Below, piece by piece: positions 1 to 13,436 of a DNA stretch of 64,000 nt. The notes beneath the pieces were generated by a model that made no database searches, was not told where the DNA came from, and saw only the letters and a list, made by a program, of their open reading frames with translations. Numbering within the stretch: the first letter of the stretch is position 1; each line of letters starts with the position of its first letter. The stretch spans positions 26,536,001-26,600,000 of the forward strand of contig JAQFVV010000002.1 of the NCBI GenBank assembly GCA_028023455.1. Reading direction: 5' to 3'. The stretch is from Epiperipatus broadwayi. Lineage: Eukaryota > Animalia > Onychophora. The translations under genes and the position numbers were made by a program.

Positions 1-1173
1 CACTGCACAAGACAAAGCAAGCCATTACTTACAACAGAAAAAAAAATTGTGACTATTTGGTTTGACTATAGCACAGCTCACTAAATGGCATATTTATTTG
101 CATTTGGATGGGATCAATGCCATCAAGGGGTATCAACATGATAATAGAACAGTACCAAAAATATTCTTCTAGGTGGATATACTGTAATAATTTTAGCTTT
201 GTAATTGGTTTTTATTATAATTTCAATATATATTTTTTAAATTCTACTTTTATGGCACAGATATAAAATTATTGCAGTATATGCACCTAGAAGAATATTT
301 TTAAAATTATATGTGCAACAGTTAATTTTACTTGCATTTTTACACTTGTATATTTCTTGAGTAAATGATTATTTTGGATGATAAACTTCTGGAAATTATA
401 ATTTCAAAAATTGTGCAATAATCAACTATTATCACTTGATAATAACAAATTGACATATGCCAATTAATTATTCAAGCTTCTTTGAGTAATAGAACTTTGC
501 ATTTTGTAATGGGAATTTCTATTTATCTAGAAATAATTCAACTTAATTATAACTAGGAAACAACCAATTACAAACTAGCTGTACAGGTTGAAATTAGTAT
601 TATTTATAAATGGTATTTTTTGTCTGATCCACCTTAAATTTAAGATCTAATTGGTTTTTGTCTGGATATAGCCTGACTGAAATATTTTTAAATACATGAC
701 ATTTTTATTATAATTTCAATATATATATTTTTTACAAACTTTTTGAAAAATATACTAATTATATAAATATATATGAGTGCAACTTGTATATTGAAGGTAA
801 ATAAATCTCTTTAAGGCTCACTGAAGATTAAAATTAGTAAAGGAGAGGACATTACTCATCAGGTTTAGATAGATATCTGCTCATTGGTGAGGATTTTTAT
901 GTCTCCTTTATTGATTTACTTTTAAACTAAAAATATTAGATACCTATTTGCTTACTATCTATTATTTATTAATGGTGTTTGTGCTGGGTTATTTATACAA
1001 CAATGTCTAAACATATTTGAAAATCCTTAATTACCTGAAAAATTTTCCAATTATTATCCAGATACAAATCCAGGGATCCAGTGTTGTATTCCATTGTTTT
1101 TATTTTTATTGTTATTTATATTTGGTTACAGTTCATGAAATGAGAATGTAAAATTTTTTTTTTAGATTAAAGC

Positions 1174-1539
1174 TTTTATGTAAACAGTACTAGCTAACTA
1201 GAAAGTAGAAAAATAACAAATTAGAAAAAAATGGAATTTGTTAATTTGCCCTTCTTGGAAAATACCAGAGATCTTAAGAATCTAGACTTGTTATAAGATA
1301 ATCGGAATTTTCAGTAATATTGTCAAAGCATTTGAGCCTTTTTTGATTTTTTATGATTTATTTGTTCCTCTAATGCTTTTGTGAAATGATAATATTCCTG
1401 CAATTTCCAATTGGTTTATAACAAGTTTAAATTTTTAAGATCTCTGATATTTTCCAAGAATGGCTAATTAACTGAGATTCAGTTTTTTTCTACTTTTTAG
1501 TCAGATACTTTATAATCAGCTAGAACTATTTACATAAAA
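1174..1539. repeat. Decayed long inverted repeat (fold-back)
   Basis: cttggaaaataccagagatcttaagaatctagacttgttataa (~1255-1297) is the near reverse complement of ttataacaagtttaaatttttaagatctctgatattttccaag (~1417-1459). Outer arms also pair. Confidence 0.75.
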
Positions 1540-2039
1540 ACATTATTTAATTTTTTTTTTTTTTTTTACATATTGGGTTAAAATTTAAAAAAAATCTCAG
1601 CCAGAGCAAAATTCAAAAATGTGAACACACAGACAACTAAGCTTAAAAAAGCATTTAATATTTATTTATTTTTTAACAAAATCAATTTAGTTTATAATCT
1701 CCAGGATATAGTTTTATTAAATATTGATTTAGTAAGAATTTTTAAAATATTGATTCATTTCTATTTTAAATATTTATTTATTTTTAATATGAAATTTATC
1801 GAAACGTAATAGTTTTTAAAAATGATTAACTATGAAAATATTCCTAAAAGTGAAGTGGAAAAATGTCACACTTTTAACTTATTGGAAAATTGTTCTGGGT
1901 ATTAGGGCAAAATAAATGTTGGAAATGGATCTGTGATATTTGGTAAATTTTTAAATTATTATGTAAAAAAATGTAAAGATTTTTTATTTGTATATTTTTC
2001 TCATATATTTTACCCGTAATATTTTCAATGTAGAAAAAT

Positions 2040-2660
2040 TGTATATGTAGTCAAACAGTACATATGTAGTATATTGTACTGAAAAGATACCAGTTTTTTC
2101 CTCCAAGCAACCTGGCGTAATATCTCTGAATTGGCAGAAATATTACATAGCAACATAATTAAGCTATTACCATAAAAATTTCAAAGCGCTAGTATGTCTG
2201 GATTATGATTTGTGATGATGTCTTATCTAACTTTGTAGATTGTTTTCAATGATCTTTCCACTATTGCAAAATCTTGAAAACCATTTGAAAGCATTCGGGT
2301 GATTCATGGCTTCATTGTCATATATGGTTTGAATTATTTCAAATATTTCAGTAGCAGTTTTGCCCTTTTAAAAAAAAGTTTGTGAGTTAAGTTCTGAAAC
2401 AGACTGTCACATTTCTTACATTACTGTATAACACATTTTAATTCAGAGATAGTATAGCAGGGAGCTTGTAAAGAAAAGCAGCCATTAGCCATCTTTTCAT
2501 TAGAACACATTCGAAAGGTAAAGATTCTTTGATTGAAACTCAGTTTGTCACTTCTTGTGGTATAACATCCCATGATTCTGTGAATGATAAACCATTTGAT
2601 TTTTTTAGTTTATATGTGAGCACATTCAATTTATTTATCATCATCCTTGGTAGTTAATAT
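2040..2660 (-). mobile_element. Mariner transposase relic (N-terminal HTH)
   Basis: Minus strand ~2390-2240 reads GKTATEIFEIIQTIYDNEAMNHPNAFKWFSRF, matching the mariner HTH pattern GKTATETxxMLxxAYGxxAMSRxxVFxWFxRF. Stops and frameshifts are present. Confidence 0.7.
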
Positions 2661-2712
2661 TATCTGCATTAAATGGAAAGAATTTTCTTATTAATGAAAA
2701 AATACTGCACTA

Positions 2713-3583
2713 ATACAAGGGAATACTTGTAAGTAACCAGAATCGTTCTCTGGTTTGTGTGACTGTTATAGTATAAATTTCTGCTGTTAGATATTTTTTG
2801 CAAGAACTCTTTTGCATCAATCTGCCAAATGACATAACTATGTGAAATCGTGGTCTCATGTAGCACTTTTTCTTTTAATGCATTTCACGTATTTGGTGAT
2901 TTTTATAATGAGTGAAAAGTTTGAACAATATGAAATTTTGTTTTCATTTACAGAAAATGGCAGTTGTAATGCTTGGAACAGATTACAAGCAAGCTGATCT
3001 CAGAAACATATAAGTTTGTAAGTGGTTCAATTGAAATGTTAAATTTACTATATCCCTAAAAAGTAGAGCAAGTAATATCCAAAGCCAAAACAATGCAATT
3101 TTCTTTCAGATTTAGTTTGTAATGGTCAGACATTTTATTTGTAAGTTCTGAAATATTTACATGATGTGGTGAAACATAAATGTCCCATTTTGTGGCAAAA
3201 TGAAGAGTGCAAGTTCCACCCTGGCTAAGGGTCATCTTTCAAAGCCTTGAGTGTGAAACATTTAAATTATATTCAGCATGACCCAGCTTATCTATCAGTC
3301 ATATTTTCTTGATCTTGCTTTGTGCTATTTTTTTAATCTCTCGAATGAAAATAATGTTTCAATTTTTTTTTTGCACTTAGAATGGCAGGAAAAAATGACA
3401 GAGGCGTTAAAAGGCATCACTTTGCAACTGTTTCCGAAATACTTTGAAAAATGAAAACATGTTTAGACAAGTGTATTGCATAAAATGGATAGTAATTTAA
3501 AAGAGATTATATTTATAACACTTAAAAATAAACAAATAGCTTTTTATTATAAAATTATGGTTATTTTTGGGTATCCGCTCATA
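2713..3583 (+). mobile_element. Internally deleted mariner element (decayed)
   Basis: Colinear with 46262-47157. Carries decayed TIR ends (aagtaaccagaat ... attatggttatttttgggtatcc) and remnants of the C-terminal transposase. Confidence 0.75.
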
Positions 3584-4899
3584 TAATATCATTTTTTTAA
3601 CCTGATTTATATAATGAAAATCTATCTAGTTAATATAAATTTATCTAATAACATCATTCAAAGAAAAAAGGCAGATGTAGGTACTGTTGGCTGAAGGTTT
3701 ATTTGGACAAACTATAATGGTTGTTTTATTTTTTTCTAAACTAAAAGATTAGAAGAAAAACAAGCAGTTGTTAATTGCTTATCATTTGATCAGATAAAAT
3801 TTATGGGAAATGAGAACTGAAAATAGAAAGAAAAATTGCAGGAAATTACTGAAATTAAATGAATTCTCATGGTTCTATTACACGTTTTTTTTTGCAGTCT
3901 ATAATGCCGAAGTTTAATTTTAATATTGTTTATATTTTTAAACACATGAATGAAAATATTATATTTTACCCAGGTAAATAGAAATTTGGCATAGTTTTTG
4001 CTCCAAAATATGTGAAGTTAAATGGGGTTTAATATAGAATAAGTATGTAGTCCATAGATATGAGAATGCAATGAAGCCACAATATATATAGTATCATTAA
4101 ACACAATTTCAATTGTAAGTTATACAAAAAAAAAAACCACAACCAAATAAACAAAAAAAAAAACTGCCATTAAAATTCATAAAATTTACAATATGACAGC
4201 ACCCACTTTTCGATCTCAAAATGGCATATATGATCACATGTACAAAAACATTCATAAACTTAACAAATTTTACAATATAGCAGTATACAATTTTCTACTT
4301 TTGGAATAACATATGTGATCATGTTTATTGATAACATGTCTTTGGATTATAATGAAATTATTATACTTTCTAAATTTAATTTACAATATTTTGCATAATA
4401 GAATATTTTCTAAGAATAATGCCAAAAGTTTTATGAAATTTAAGAACGGTCATAAAGTTGATTTGACATGGATGTGAAAACATCAGAACAATTAGAGAGA
4501 GCATAGTCCTTAATAATGAGATTGCTATTAAGCTTTTGTAAGGAAAAAAAGTTATTGTAAAAAAAGGGTATTGTCTAAAGTATATTTAATTGCAATGAAA
4601 TTTGGAATTTTGTTAATTATTTTATTAAAAAAAATAGGTATGTTACAGTGTTTGTCATTTTTTGAGATAATATGAATGAGTAAATATACATACAGTATAC
4701 GTATATATAAATGTGCCCACTCAAACTATTAATAGCTACATTATTTATTTTTTATGTTGTTTATGCTGTAATCTTAATTTGTATATGCATTCTATACATA
4801 TGAAAAAGCATGTGATATATATATATGCATGTTGTAAAGTACTATACTCTTGTAGTTCAGCAAACAATATCAACAAAACATGAGCTATTATATGCGATG

Positions 4900-5660
4900 T
4901 AGTAACAGATACCATGAATTCTGCTGTAAAACTAAAAGGTGAAATATGTGGAAACAAGTCCTTACACCATAGTTTAAAAATAGGAAATGTAACCATTTCC
5001 TTAGGAAATGTATAATTTGAAGTCTGAATAAAATGAATTTAATTGGTTTCAGAATGCCATTCATATATCATTGCTCCAATGATGTACTAAATATGCTTAG
5101 TCTAAAGTTTATATATAAATTAAACTGAAACAGACTACTACTTCTTACTGCTAAGAACGATCTTGCTCATGTATCATCAAACATGTAGAAGAAAAGAATG
5201 AACCTTTTCATTTTAAACATTTGTTGAACATGATCATTTTTAACTGTCTGTTTTAGTTAATTTAAATGTATATAAAATTAATTGCTTTACATTTATCATT
5301 TAATGAATATTAAAACTAATCTTTTAAAAGTTTACAATTAAAATGTAAATTTACATAACCCAATAAAAATTAATAAATCATTGATTTCAGAACTGCATCT
5401 TACTTACCATATAACATTTTGAAACCGTCTTATCTGCACTAGCAGTCTTACTATGTTTTGTTATGTTATGTAATCCAGTTCTTTTCCTGAATCCTGTGAA
5501 CCACATTTTATTGATCATAAAATCCTTCACATAAATAGCCCTTGTATTAGGAGATAAAACAAGCATTTTCAAACAATTGCTTAATGTTTTTACAAATGAT
5601 TTATTGTTGATGTTATCACTTGCCATTTGCCTTTGATTAATCCACATTAACAAAAGGGTT
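4900..5660 (-). mobile_element. Tigger/pogo transposase relic
   Basis: ORF 5387-5653 contains WFTGFRKRTGLHNITKHSKTASADK, resembling the Tigger CENP-B HTH region (GWFxxFKxRTGIHxVVRHGEAAS). Confidence 0.65.
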
Positions 5661-5939
5661 TCCCTTAATTCCGTAATGCTATAATATAATGTAAATTGTT
5701 CATGCTGAATTTTTTTAATTATCTGTGCACTTTTTAATTTATCAGCACTGAAATAATCTCAATATATTTTGAATTTAAATTGCGGACATTTTTGCCTTTT
5801 TTTTCACTTCAGTACTAATTAATTTTTTGACACTATTTTTCTGACTCATGATTAAAATTAATATTTGTTAAGCATATGAGAAGAATGAAAAAAAACTTGG
5901 AAAGTGGAACAAATTACAGAAGAAAAATTAAATACAGAT

Positions 5940-6490
5940 AAGGTCACAAGATGTAATAAAGATGTCTGATGCTTTGCTTAAAGTTGAAACATTGTGAAAA
6001 GTCTTAACACACATGTTCCTGTATTAGCTAGCAGTATTTGTTGTACAACCAATGGGACTGTATGTACATCATTTTTATTGCAAGAGATAGAAAGTGGTAA
6101 TCAAATTAAATCAGTAATTTAGTTTTAGCATTTAGATTTCTGTAATTTTATTCAACTTTAATTTTGTTTTTTTTTATATATCATGGTCAGATTTCAAATT
6201 TGATTTTAATGACACATTACTAAAATTATAGTATACACATCTAGGAGAATACTTTTAAACAAGCATATATACATTTTTACTGCTTGAGATAGAAAGAAAT
6301 AAGCAAATCACACTGACTATTAAATTTTAGTAATTAGATTTCTATCATTTTCATCTAACTTCTGTTTTGAATTTTTTTGTTTTTGATGTCAACATTAATC
6401 AGATTTTGAAATTAGATTTTATGGTTATGGCTAAAATTATTGCAATTTACATATTTGCGAAAATGCTTTTAAACAAAATATGTACACATT
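5940..6490 (+). repeat. Dispersed repeat with ~200-bp tandem subunits (copy 1)
   Basis: gatgtctgatgcttt...cattgtgaaaagt is shared with 42727. Two subunits of the (ag)ctaaaattat...tagga/tagaagaata type are present; a single subunit also occurs at ~235-320. Confidence 0.55.
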
Positions 6491-7369
6491 TCAATAAATT
6501 AAAAAAATAACAAACAAACACAGTCTTCTAAATAGTCAAAATAAGAGTCATATATCACATGACCCTATCTCTTAAGCTTGTAAGGTATAAACAATGAGGA
6601 TTTCAGTATATATATTTATTGCTAAGGGTAGAGTTATATGAACTAAATTAATAAATTATATGATAAATAAGTTTTATATAGCAAAGATGTCTGCCATTCT
6701 AATGTTTATTGGTTAGCTGTGTTTGTTTTACAAATCTTAATTTAGTAGAAAAAAATATTCATTCCACTAGTTATTTATTCTTGAAGCAGATCTTATTATA
6801 TATTGTTTAATGACAATTTTGCTTACATAAATTTACTGCCAATTTGTCTGCAAATTGTTTCCAATACATTTAAAAAACTTAATAGGAAATTAATTTATAT
6901 CTAATGTCATTTTGGACCTTCAAGTTGAAGGGAAAGACTAATAAACAACATCTAAAGAAAATGTAGGCAATTCCAATTAAATTATAAAAAAAGTATATTT
7001 GTTTATGGATTTAATGCTTAAATTTGGTGAGTGAATAATTTGTATTGAATGTAAGATAAAAGTGAAATAGAATGAATGAATAAATAACTCATATGAAATG
7101 TAATGTGAATATCAAATCAAATACTTATATCAAATATGAGTATAAAGTAAAGAAGAAATTGATATTTGAATACTAAATATTAAGAGTTGTTAAAGTTTGC
7201 CATTTCACTCTTATTCCAGACATTTCTATGCTATATGAAATTTGTCACAATATGATATTCTATTATCATTATTGCTGATTGCTTTAATGTCACGTATTAT
7301 TAAGTAATAATTAGTAACTCTTTAACCAAATTAATCATTTTTTCATATCAATCATTAATATTCTGTTCA

Positions 7370-7830
7370 TGGACAGGTCCGGAGAGTAGATATGGTCATC
7401 AATTCATCCATTTTTCCACTTTATTTTTTCCACTGCCCAGCTCTTCAATTTCATGTAACTGTTCCCATCTCATATCATCCAACAATCTCAATCTTTTCCA
7501 TCCTTTGCTTTCATTAACTATTCCCTCCAAAACATCTTTCATTAAACTACTTTTTTCTTAATATATGTCCAATTCAGTTTCTTTTTTCTCTCCAATTTCC
7601 TCAATCAATCTTCTTTTTTCATTGCCTTTTTCAAAACTTAATTTGTTATCTTGTTTGTCCAACTGATTTTTTACATTCCTTTCCATGTCTGCATCTCAAA
7701 AGCTTTCAATCTGTTCATAATTTTATTACTTATTGTCCATGTTTCACAACCATACAGTAGTCTACTCCACTCATAGCATTTAATAAATCTTTTTCTTAAT
7801 TCTCTTTTCAAATGTCCACACAATGTTTTC
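7370..7830 (-). mobile_element. RTE-clade LINE 3' fragment
   Basis: Minus strand reads RKRFIKCYEWSRLLYGCETWT...NRLKAFEM...ISWT.KITN...(W)IGHILRK..LMKDVLEG, the typical RTE/BovB C-terminus, with frameshifts. Confidence 0.85.
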
Positions 7831-8273
7831 TTTTTCATATATTAAGTGTATTAGTTTAAAGATACTCTAAATAGCATTGTATGTAATATTTGAGGATTAA
7901 ACTTATAATTATTTTCCAAAATAACAAATCTTGCTGGGAAGCCTTAACATTAATTTTTATTATCTTAACTGCTTTATTATGAATTACATTTAGATAATAA
8001 ATATAATTTATTAAAATTAATATTTTGAAAAGCATCATTTATTGATTTAAAATAATTTAGATATTATTCTGTCTCAGTATTACAGTATTTTATTTAGTAA
8101 GCTTGCCAAAAGTAAATAGTTTGAACAAAAACTTAAACACCTTTTCTTTCTTGCTCCCACTTGTCAAATAATATATATATCCACACAAACATATATGAAT
8201 TGATAATTTTTAACAAATGGAAATGTTTGAAGTGGAAATATCTGTTTAATTTTCATACAATAAAAATCACTGC

Positions 8274-8469
8274 CAGATGTTAGTAGACAGTTATTAATGA
8301 AAATAGCATACTGTAAACACTTTCTGCATTAAAAAGTGTATGCTTTTGTTATATAGACTAAAGCGCTACAGTATTTATTTAGGTGTAAGGAGAAAGTTTA
8401 CAACCTTTCACACTTCTTTATAAATAGTAGAGTTTGCTATTTTCATTAATTATTGCCTATTAACATCTG
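8274..8469. repeat. ~45-bp imperfect terminal inverted repeats (MITE-like or fold-back)
   Basis: cagatgttagtagacagttattaatgaaaatagc versus gctattttcattaattattgcctattaacatctg. Confidence 0.7.
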
Positions 8470-10316
8470 ACTGTGATTTTTATCATATGAAAATTAAATA
8501 AAAATTTCTACATAATAAAATTCAAACACAAACATATATACATATATACTAGTGACACTTTTGCTAAAATTGTAAAACTATTGGGAAATGATCCTTTTTT
8601 CCTTTTCTTTTTTTTTACTTAAAAAAAAAAAATTAATACTTTTTATGATTTTTAAAAAAATATTTAAATTTTATATATATAATGATGAATGTAATATTTA
8701 CTAAGGCTGTAACCTCAAGAATGTGAGCGTAAAAATGCGATAGTAGGGACCTCTACAAGTCTTAACCACAAGTCTGAACTTATATATATATATATTAAGT
8801 AGCCATGAGTTTGGTACACAGTACTGAAAGCATGCTTGGCTAAATATTATTAATGTCATTGAATTGTTACACTCAGTATTACACATAAACATATGTGTGT
8901 GTATAATTTACATTATAGACAGAGTTATTGATTGATTTATTTAATATAATTACAAAATCATAAAAAATTTCAAAAAGTAGAAAATTTCATTATACAGTAC
9001 TATAAATTGCATTTTTTTTTTTTTTTAAAAAAAAAAGAAAACAATAATAAAGAAAGTAACACAACTGGTAAAAAAAAAGATACTAAATGTCAAATTAATG
9101 GAAGTGATATAATAACAGTTTGATTTTTTTTCTTGATATGAGCCACAAATTTACTTTCATTATGCTTAATTGAGATTATACTATATTAGCAAAGAAAAAT
9201 AAATAACAATTTTATAAATAAAAAGATATCAAAAATCAAGAAAATGAAAATAATCTATGAAGATAAAGTAAACAAATTAGATTTAAGCCAATAAAAGAAT
9301 GAAAAAAAAAATGAAAATATCAGTAGGAAGGGTTCACATTAATCCAATTTTGATGCACAATCAGTGACAATCTATAAATTGGAATCCACTTTATAGAAAA
9401 CATTTAGGTATATAGAAATTATATGGTTCAGAAAGTGAGAAGTATTCACAAATTCACTATATAAAGAAGTCACGTTTACTATCCAGAAAGTTCAGCAATG
9501 ACAATTTTACCAAAGTTAGTGAAAATATGAAGAACACCAATAGAGAATTAGATTACCCATATCAAAGATCTTACTTACTCTTGGCTAGAAATAAAAAAAA
9601 TAATTTTTTTTTATTAAACATCAAAAGCATAAAGATAAACAAAATCAACTGCATAAGCCATATTTTATATTTTGAAACAGGGGAAAAAAAAACATAGACA
9701 TTGAAACAGATCTGATAGTTTTTCCAGAACTAAATACAATAATAACCACAAAAAACTATAATGAAAACTTTTATTAAATTAAATGACATAATAAGCAGAA
9801 TTGTTTAAATAACCACCAATTAAACCAAAAGAATGACTAATGCAAATCTTGCAACAGGGAAATTGGACAAGAAGAATAAAAGAAAATAAACCCATTATTG
9901 GGCAACACCAAAACTATTAATCACTATCTTTTATGTACCTCATACTAAAGATTAAATATTGCCTAATGCTTTACTAGTACTTATAAATAAAATAAAAATT
10001 CATGTAATATTATCATACTAACCAAAAAACAAAATTTTGCTAAAATTCTCCCACAACCACAGTTTCATCTATTAACAAATAGATCTCTTCAAGTGAAATT
10101 CAACTAAACTGCAACATATATATACAAAATAGCCATCTCATTATTCACTTAAAAAAACCCCAACAACTTCCTTTAACACCAAATGATATTTTCATGAGAT
10201 TGATGGCCTGAGATTTAAAAAATTTTATTGGAAAAGTTTCTTTTACTCTTCTTTTTAATTCACTTTTTTTTAATGCAAAAAATGAATTTGAAAGGCTATT
10301 TTTTTTTTATATGTGT

Positions 10317-10381
10317 AAGAGATTGTGTCTCGGGCAATTGATGAGTGCTGTTTTAGCACGAAATGTGCATCTTGGAGATTA
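10317..10381 (+). ncRNA. Type I hammerhead motif, family B variant (C3U)
   Basis: caa-TTGATGA-gtgct-gtttt-agcac-GAAA-tgtgcat-c-ttg: perfect 5-bp stem II, quasi-palindromic stem III, AUC triplet. Confidence 0.7.
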
Positions 10382-11064
10382 TAGATCTTTTTCACATGTC
10401 TTTGGTCATATATTTTTGATTACATCCCTCCACAAAGTGTTAAAAGCGGATAGAAACCAGTCCCTATCTTGCAAGAGAGTGCTGTAATGAAATTTACACT
10501 ACAGAAATATTCATTATAAGAAGCAGTGTCTTCATTAAGCTTATTTAGAAATACAATACATATAGTATCTATGATTTTTCACAATTCATAATATTTTAAA
10601 AATATAAATAATTTTCATGTTATGATAGATGTACATTTCAAATAATTATAGAATCCTACATACAGCCTATTAAATTGACAGACTGGAAACAGATACTATT
10701 TGTTTATCACATCATATCAAAACCTCTTCTAAGCTTATTCTAAACATAGGAAAATCAAGGATTAACTAACACCTGAATTAAATAGTACTAAGTAACAAAA
10801 TAAAATTGAAATCTTTATCTCAATAAGGCTTTATCAAATTGCCAGTATAAAAGTGTTTAATGTGATGGTAACGGGAATATTGAGTTAATAAACATCTTGA
10901 TCAATATTGCAAATTCATTGTTGAACAAAACAAATTCGGGAAAATTTGTCACTTTTAATATTTCTGTCAATAAACAAACTTCTGATTAATCAAAATGGTC
11001 TAAACTTAATTGTATAAAAATTGTCAGTTTTTTTTTATGTAAAACTATTCACCTCCATTATTAA

Positions 11065-11203
11065 AATATTAATATCATTTGTATTCTGTATTACTTTTTA
11101 CAATGCTTTTTTTTATAACTCATTATGACAATTTCGATTGCCCAGTGAGTGGTAAAAAAGCATTGTAAAAAGTAATAAAAAGGATATAGATGATATTAAT
11201 ATT
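11065..11203. repeat. Fold-back containing a partial family D hammerhead
   Basis: Arms ~11065-11113 and ~11153-11203. The loop holds gacaatttcgattgcccag (minus: ctgggcaatcGAAAttgtc). Homologous to 41078-41244. Confidence 0.65.
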
Positions 11204-11239
11204 ATATGGATTTGGCAATGCAATAAGAAAGATAAAGTT

Positions 11240-11460
11240 AACGTCGTTTAAATACAAAGTAACTATTTTGATTTTATTAGTTCATCTACTGAAACAGGAT
11301 AACAAGTGAGATCTTCATTTTTCAATGATCTAATAGTAAGTTTTTACTTTTTTAAAACGATTTTTTTGGGATGGAGAAGATGTATTAGATACAGCAAGAA
11401 TGATGGGTCTTAGTTTCTATTTTCATTTGAAATGACATTTTTTTATTAAAACCTTTCTAG
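11240..11460 (-). pseudogene. Possible Penelope-like RT relic
   Basis: Minus strand KLRPIILAVSNTSSPSQ resembles the PLE RT motif LRPIVSxxxSPT. It lies next to the family D fold-back. Weak. Confidence 0.35.
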
Positions 11461-12279
11461 GGCTTCGCCGAAGTTCCTCAATTTATTTTCGTGAGAAAAA
11501 CAATAACCGAGACTCTTTGATCTCTGCAGCCAAGATAAACTGTTTTTACATCTTTCTTGAAATCAACTTAGGTCTATTCGACCACCATTCATATTTAACT
11601 TTTTTCGTTTCACTTTTCAACGATCTTTTTGCTAAGGAGATCGGGCATAGCAATTTGCTAACAATATTTATTTAGTTTTTCTAGTCTTCTATTTATTTAT
11701 TTTTTACAAAATTTTATTTTTTTCGCAATATTTAAAAAACTATTTACATTTTAAAATTATTCACTTAAATAAGTTAATTATGCTAACAGGAATGAATGCA
11801 TAAACTTTATAAAAAAAATCTTAAATATGGATTTATGCAGTAATGGCAAATATTATTCCAAGCATTTTACAAAACAAATATTTCAAATTTATTAAAGCGC
11901 AAGCTTATATATATATGTTAAGTTCTAAAAATTATTTTTATTCTATTTATCGCACTTTTTTTCTTTAAAAGAGTGAGAAAGAGTGATAAAAGAGAATTGC
12001 ATGTCATTTTTACTATCGGTTTCCAGACTGTTTGTAAGACATTGTTTATTTTTAATTTAAAAGTAAAAAAAAAAAAATACCAGAAAAATATGGAGTTATA
12101 ACAGTTGCCATAACAATGCATTTTGTTTTTACTTATTCTACTATAAAAATGGGACGTGGAGATGTTGCTTCTAGTAACAAGAAATTTCTCTTTAAATGGA
12201 TGAGGGAGGATAAATATTTAAGTCATTAATTAAATGTAATTGAAGACTATTTGAACACAGACTTTTAAGGTTCTTTCAG

Positions 12280-12495
12280 CTACCCACTCCATTTTATATA
12301 ACTGATATAAACAGCACTAATTGTATATATATGTGGGAGATGATGGTTTGGAGCAACTGATGAGTGCTGGTTCAGAACGGAATACGTATATTGGAGATCA
12401 TTTATCTTTTTTACATGTATGTGATCATGTGTATCAGTTATATAAGTTGGAGTGGATAACTGAAGGAACTTTGAAAGTGTGTTCAAATCCTCTTT
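12280..12495 (+). mobile_element. Family B hammerhead-bearing short retroelement
   Basis: Homologous to 20510-20890, 29200-29450 and 62830-63170. HHR at 12337-12406: CTGATGA gtgct ggttc agaac GGAA tacgtat a ttgg. Confidence 0.75.
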
Positions 12496-13032
12496 AATTA
12501 CATCTCAAAGTTTGATATTTATAATATACTAGTATTGATTTATTAATTAAATGTAAAAGAAAGATAAAATTGTATACATAATTAAAATAAATAAATAAAT
12601 AATACTTCTGTATATAATATAAAAATAATATAAATAACAATTCGTGTCAATTGTTAATACAGAGTTTAATATAAATAAATAAAAACAAATATTATTTCCA
12701 AGCGCTTTCAACTCTTACGAGTCCTTATCAAGGCAGTGTAAACAATTCTATTTTCTCCTAGGTGATGAATCTAACATTTCATTGTATTGGCCAGGAACAA
12801 CTAATCGGAAAGCTGGTTAATTTTGAATTCATAGCACAAGATGAATTTTGTATAATATATGATTCATTAATCTTGCGTTTTTTATCATGTGTTTCATTCA
12901 TTAATATTGTAAAATCCTTTGGACTACATATATGGCCTGTATTATTTTGGTGAACATAAAAAGCTGAATAAACTGTATCATCTTCTCTTGCTCTATTATA
13001 AGTATATTTATGTTGTTGAAGGCGATATTTAA

Positions 13033-13326
13033 TATTGTAGTGCAATATATGTTGGAGAAACCAAAACAAATATTAAATATCGCCTTCAACAACATAAATA
13101 TACTTATAATAGAGCAAGAGAAGATGATACAGTTTATTCAGCTTTTTATGTTCACCAAAATAATACAGGCCATATATGTAGTCCAAAGGATTTTACAATA
13201 TTAATGAATGAAACACATGATAAAAAATGCAAGATTAAAGAATCATATATTATACAAAATTCATCTTGTGCTATGAATTCAAAATTAACCAGCTTTCCGA
13301 TTAGTTGTTCCTGGCCAATACAATGA
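13033..13326 (+). pseudogene. Penelope GIY-YIG endonuclease C-terminal fragment (open frame, 5'-truncated)
   Basis: YCSAIYVGETKTNIKYRLQQHK...YSAFYVHQNNTGH...FTILMNE...KIKESYII matches the PLE GIY-YIG pattern (YIGET, RxxEH, SAxxxH, RxxxExxxI). Confidence 0.85.
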
Positions 13327-13371
13327 AATGTTAGATTCATCACCTAGGAGAAAATAGAATTGTTTACACTG

Positions 13372-13407
13372 CCTTGATAAGGACTCGTAAGAGTTGAAAG
13401 CGCTTGG
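13372..13407 (+). ncRNA. Minimal hammerhead, U3-A8 core variant (family C); mirror copy at 12698-12733 minus
   Basis: cc-TTGATAA-g-gactc-gtaa-gagtt-GAAA-gcgc-tt-gg: GNRA-capped stem II, palindromic AGCGCU stem III, CUU triplet. Lies just 3' of the GIY-YIG stop. Confidence 0.7.
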
Positions 13408-13436
13408 AAATAATATTTGTTTTTATTTATTTATAT

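Larger units (their letters stand above)
12618..13436. mobile_element. Young 5'-truncated Penelope-like element with near-perfect inverted duplication
   Basis: Arms 12668-13036 and 13069-13437 (369 bp, 32-bp spacer, two mismatches found). The right arm continues at 14820-14870 after an LTR insertion. A 21-bp direct repeat tatacataattaaaataaata flanks the unit (12573-12593 and 14867-14887). Confidence 0.9.

Noticed and set aside
838-910. Hairpin aaaggagaggacat...atgtctccttt with CTGATGA on the minus strand as a hammerhead
   Set aside because: No GAAA in register after CTGATGA, and the alternative register needs too many core changes.
9600-10180. Penelope RT/EN linker relic (YVPHTKD...)
   Set aside because: The similarity is too decayed to support by eye.
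12762-13343. Five overlapping ORFs on both strands with duplicated translations
   Set aside because: They are a by-product of the palindrome. Only the GIY-YIG frame (13033-13326 and its mirror) is meaningful.
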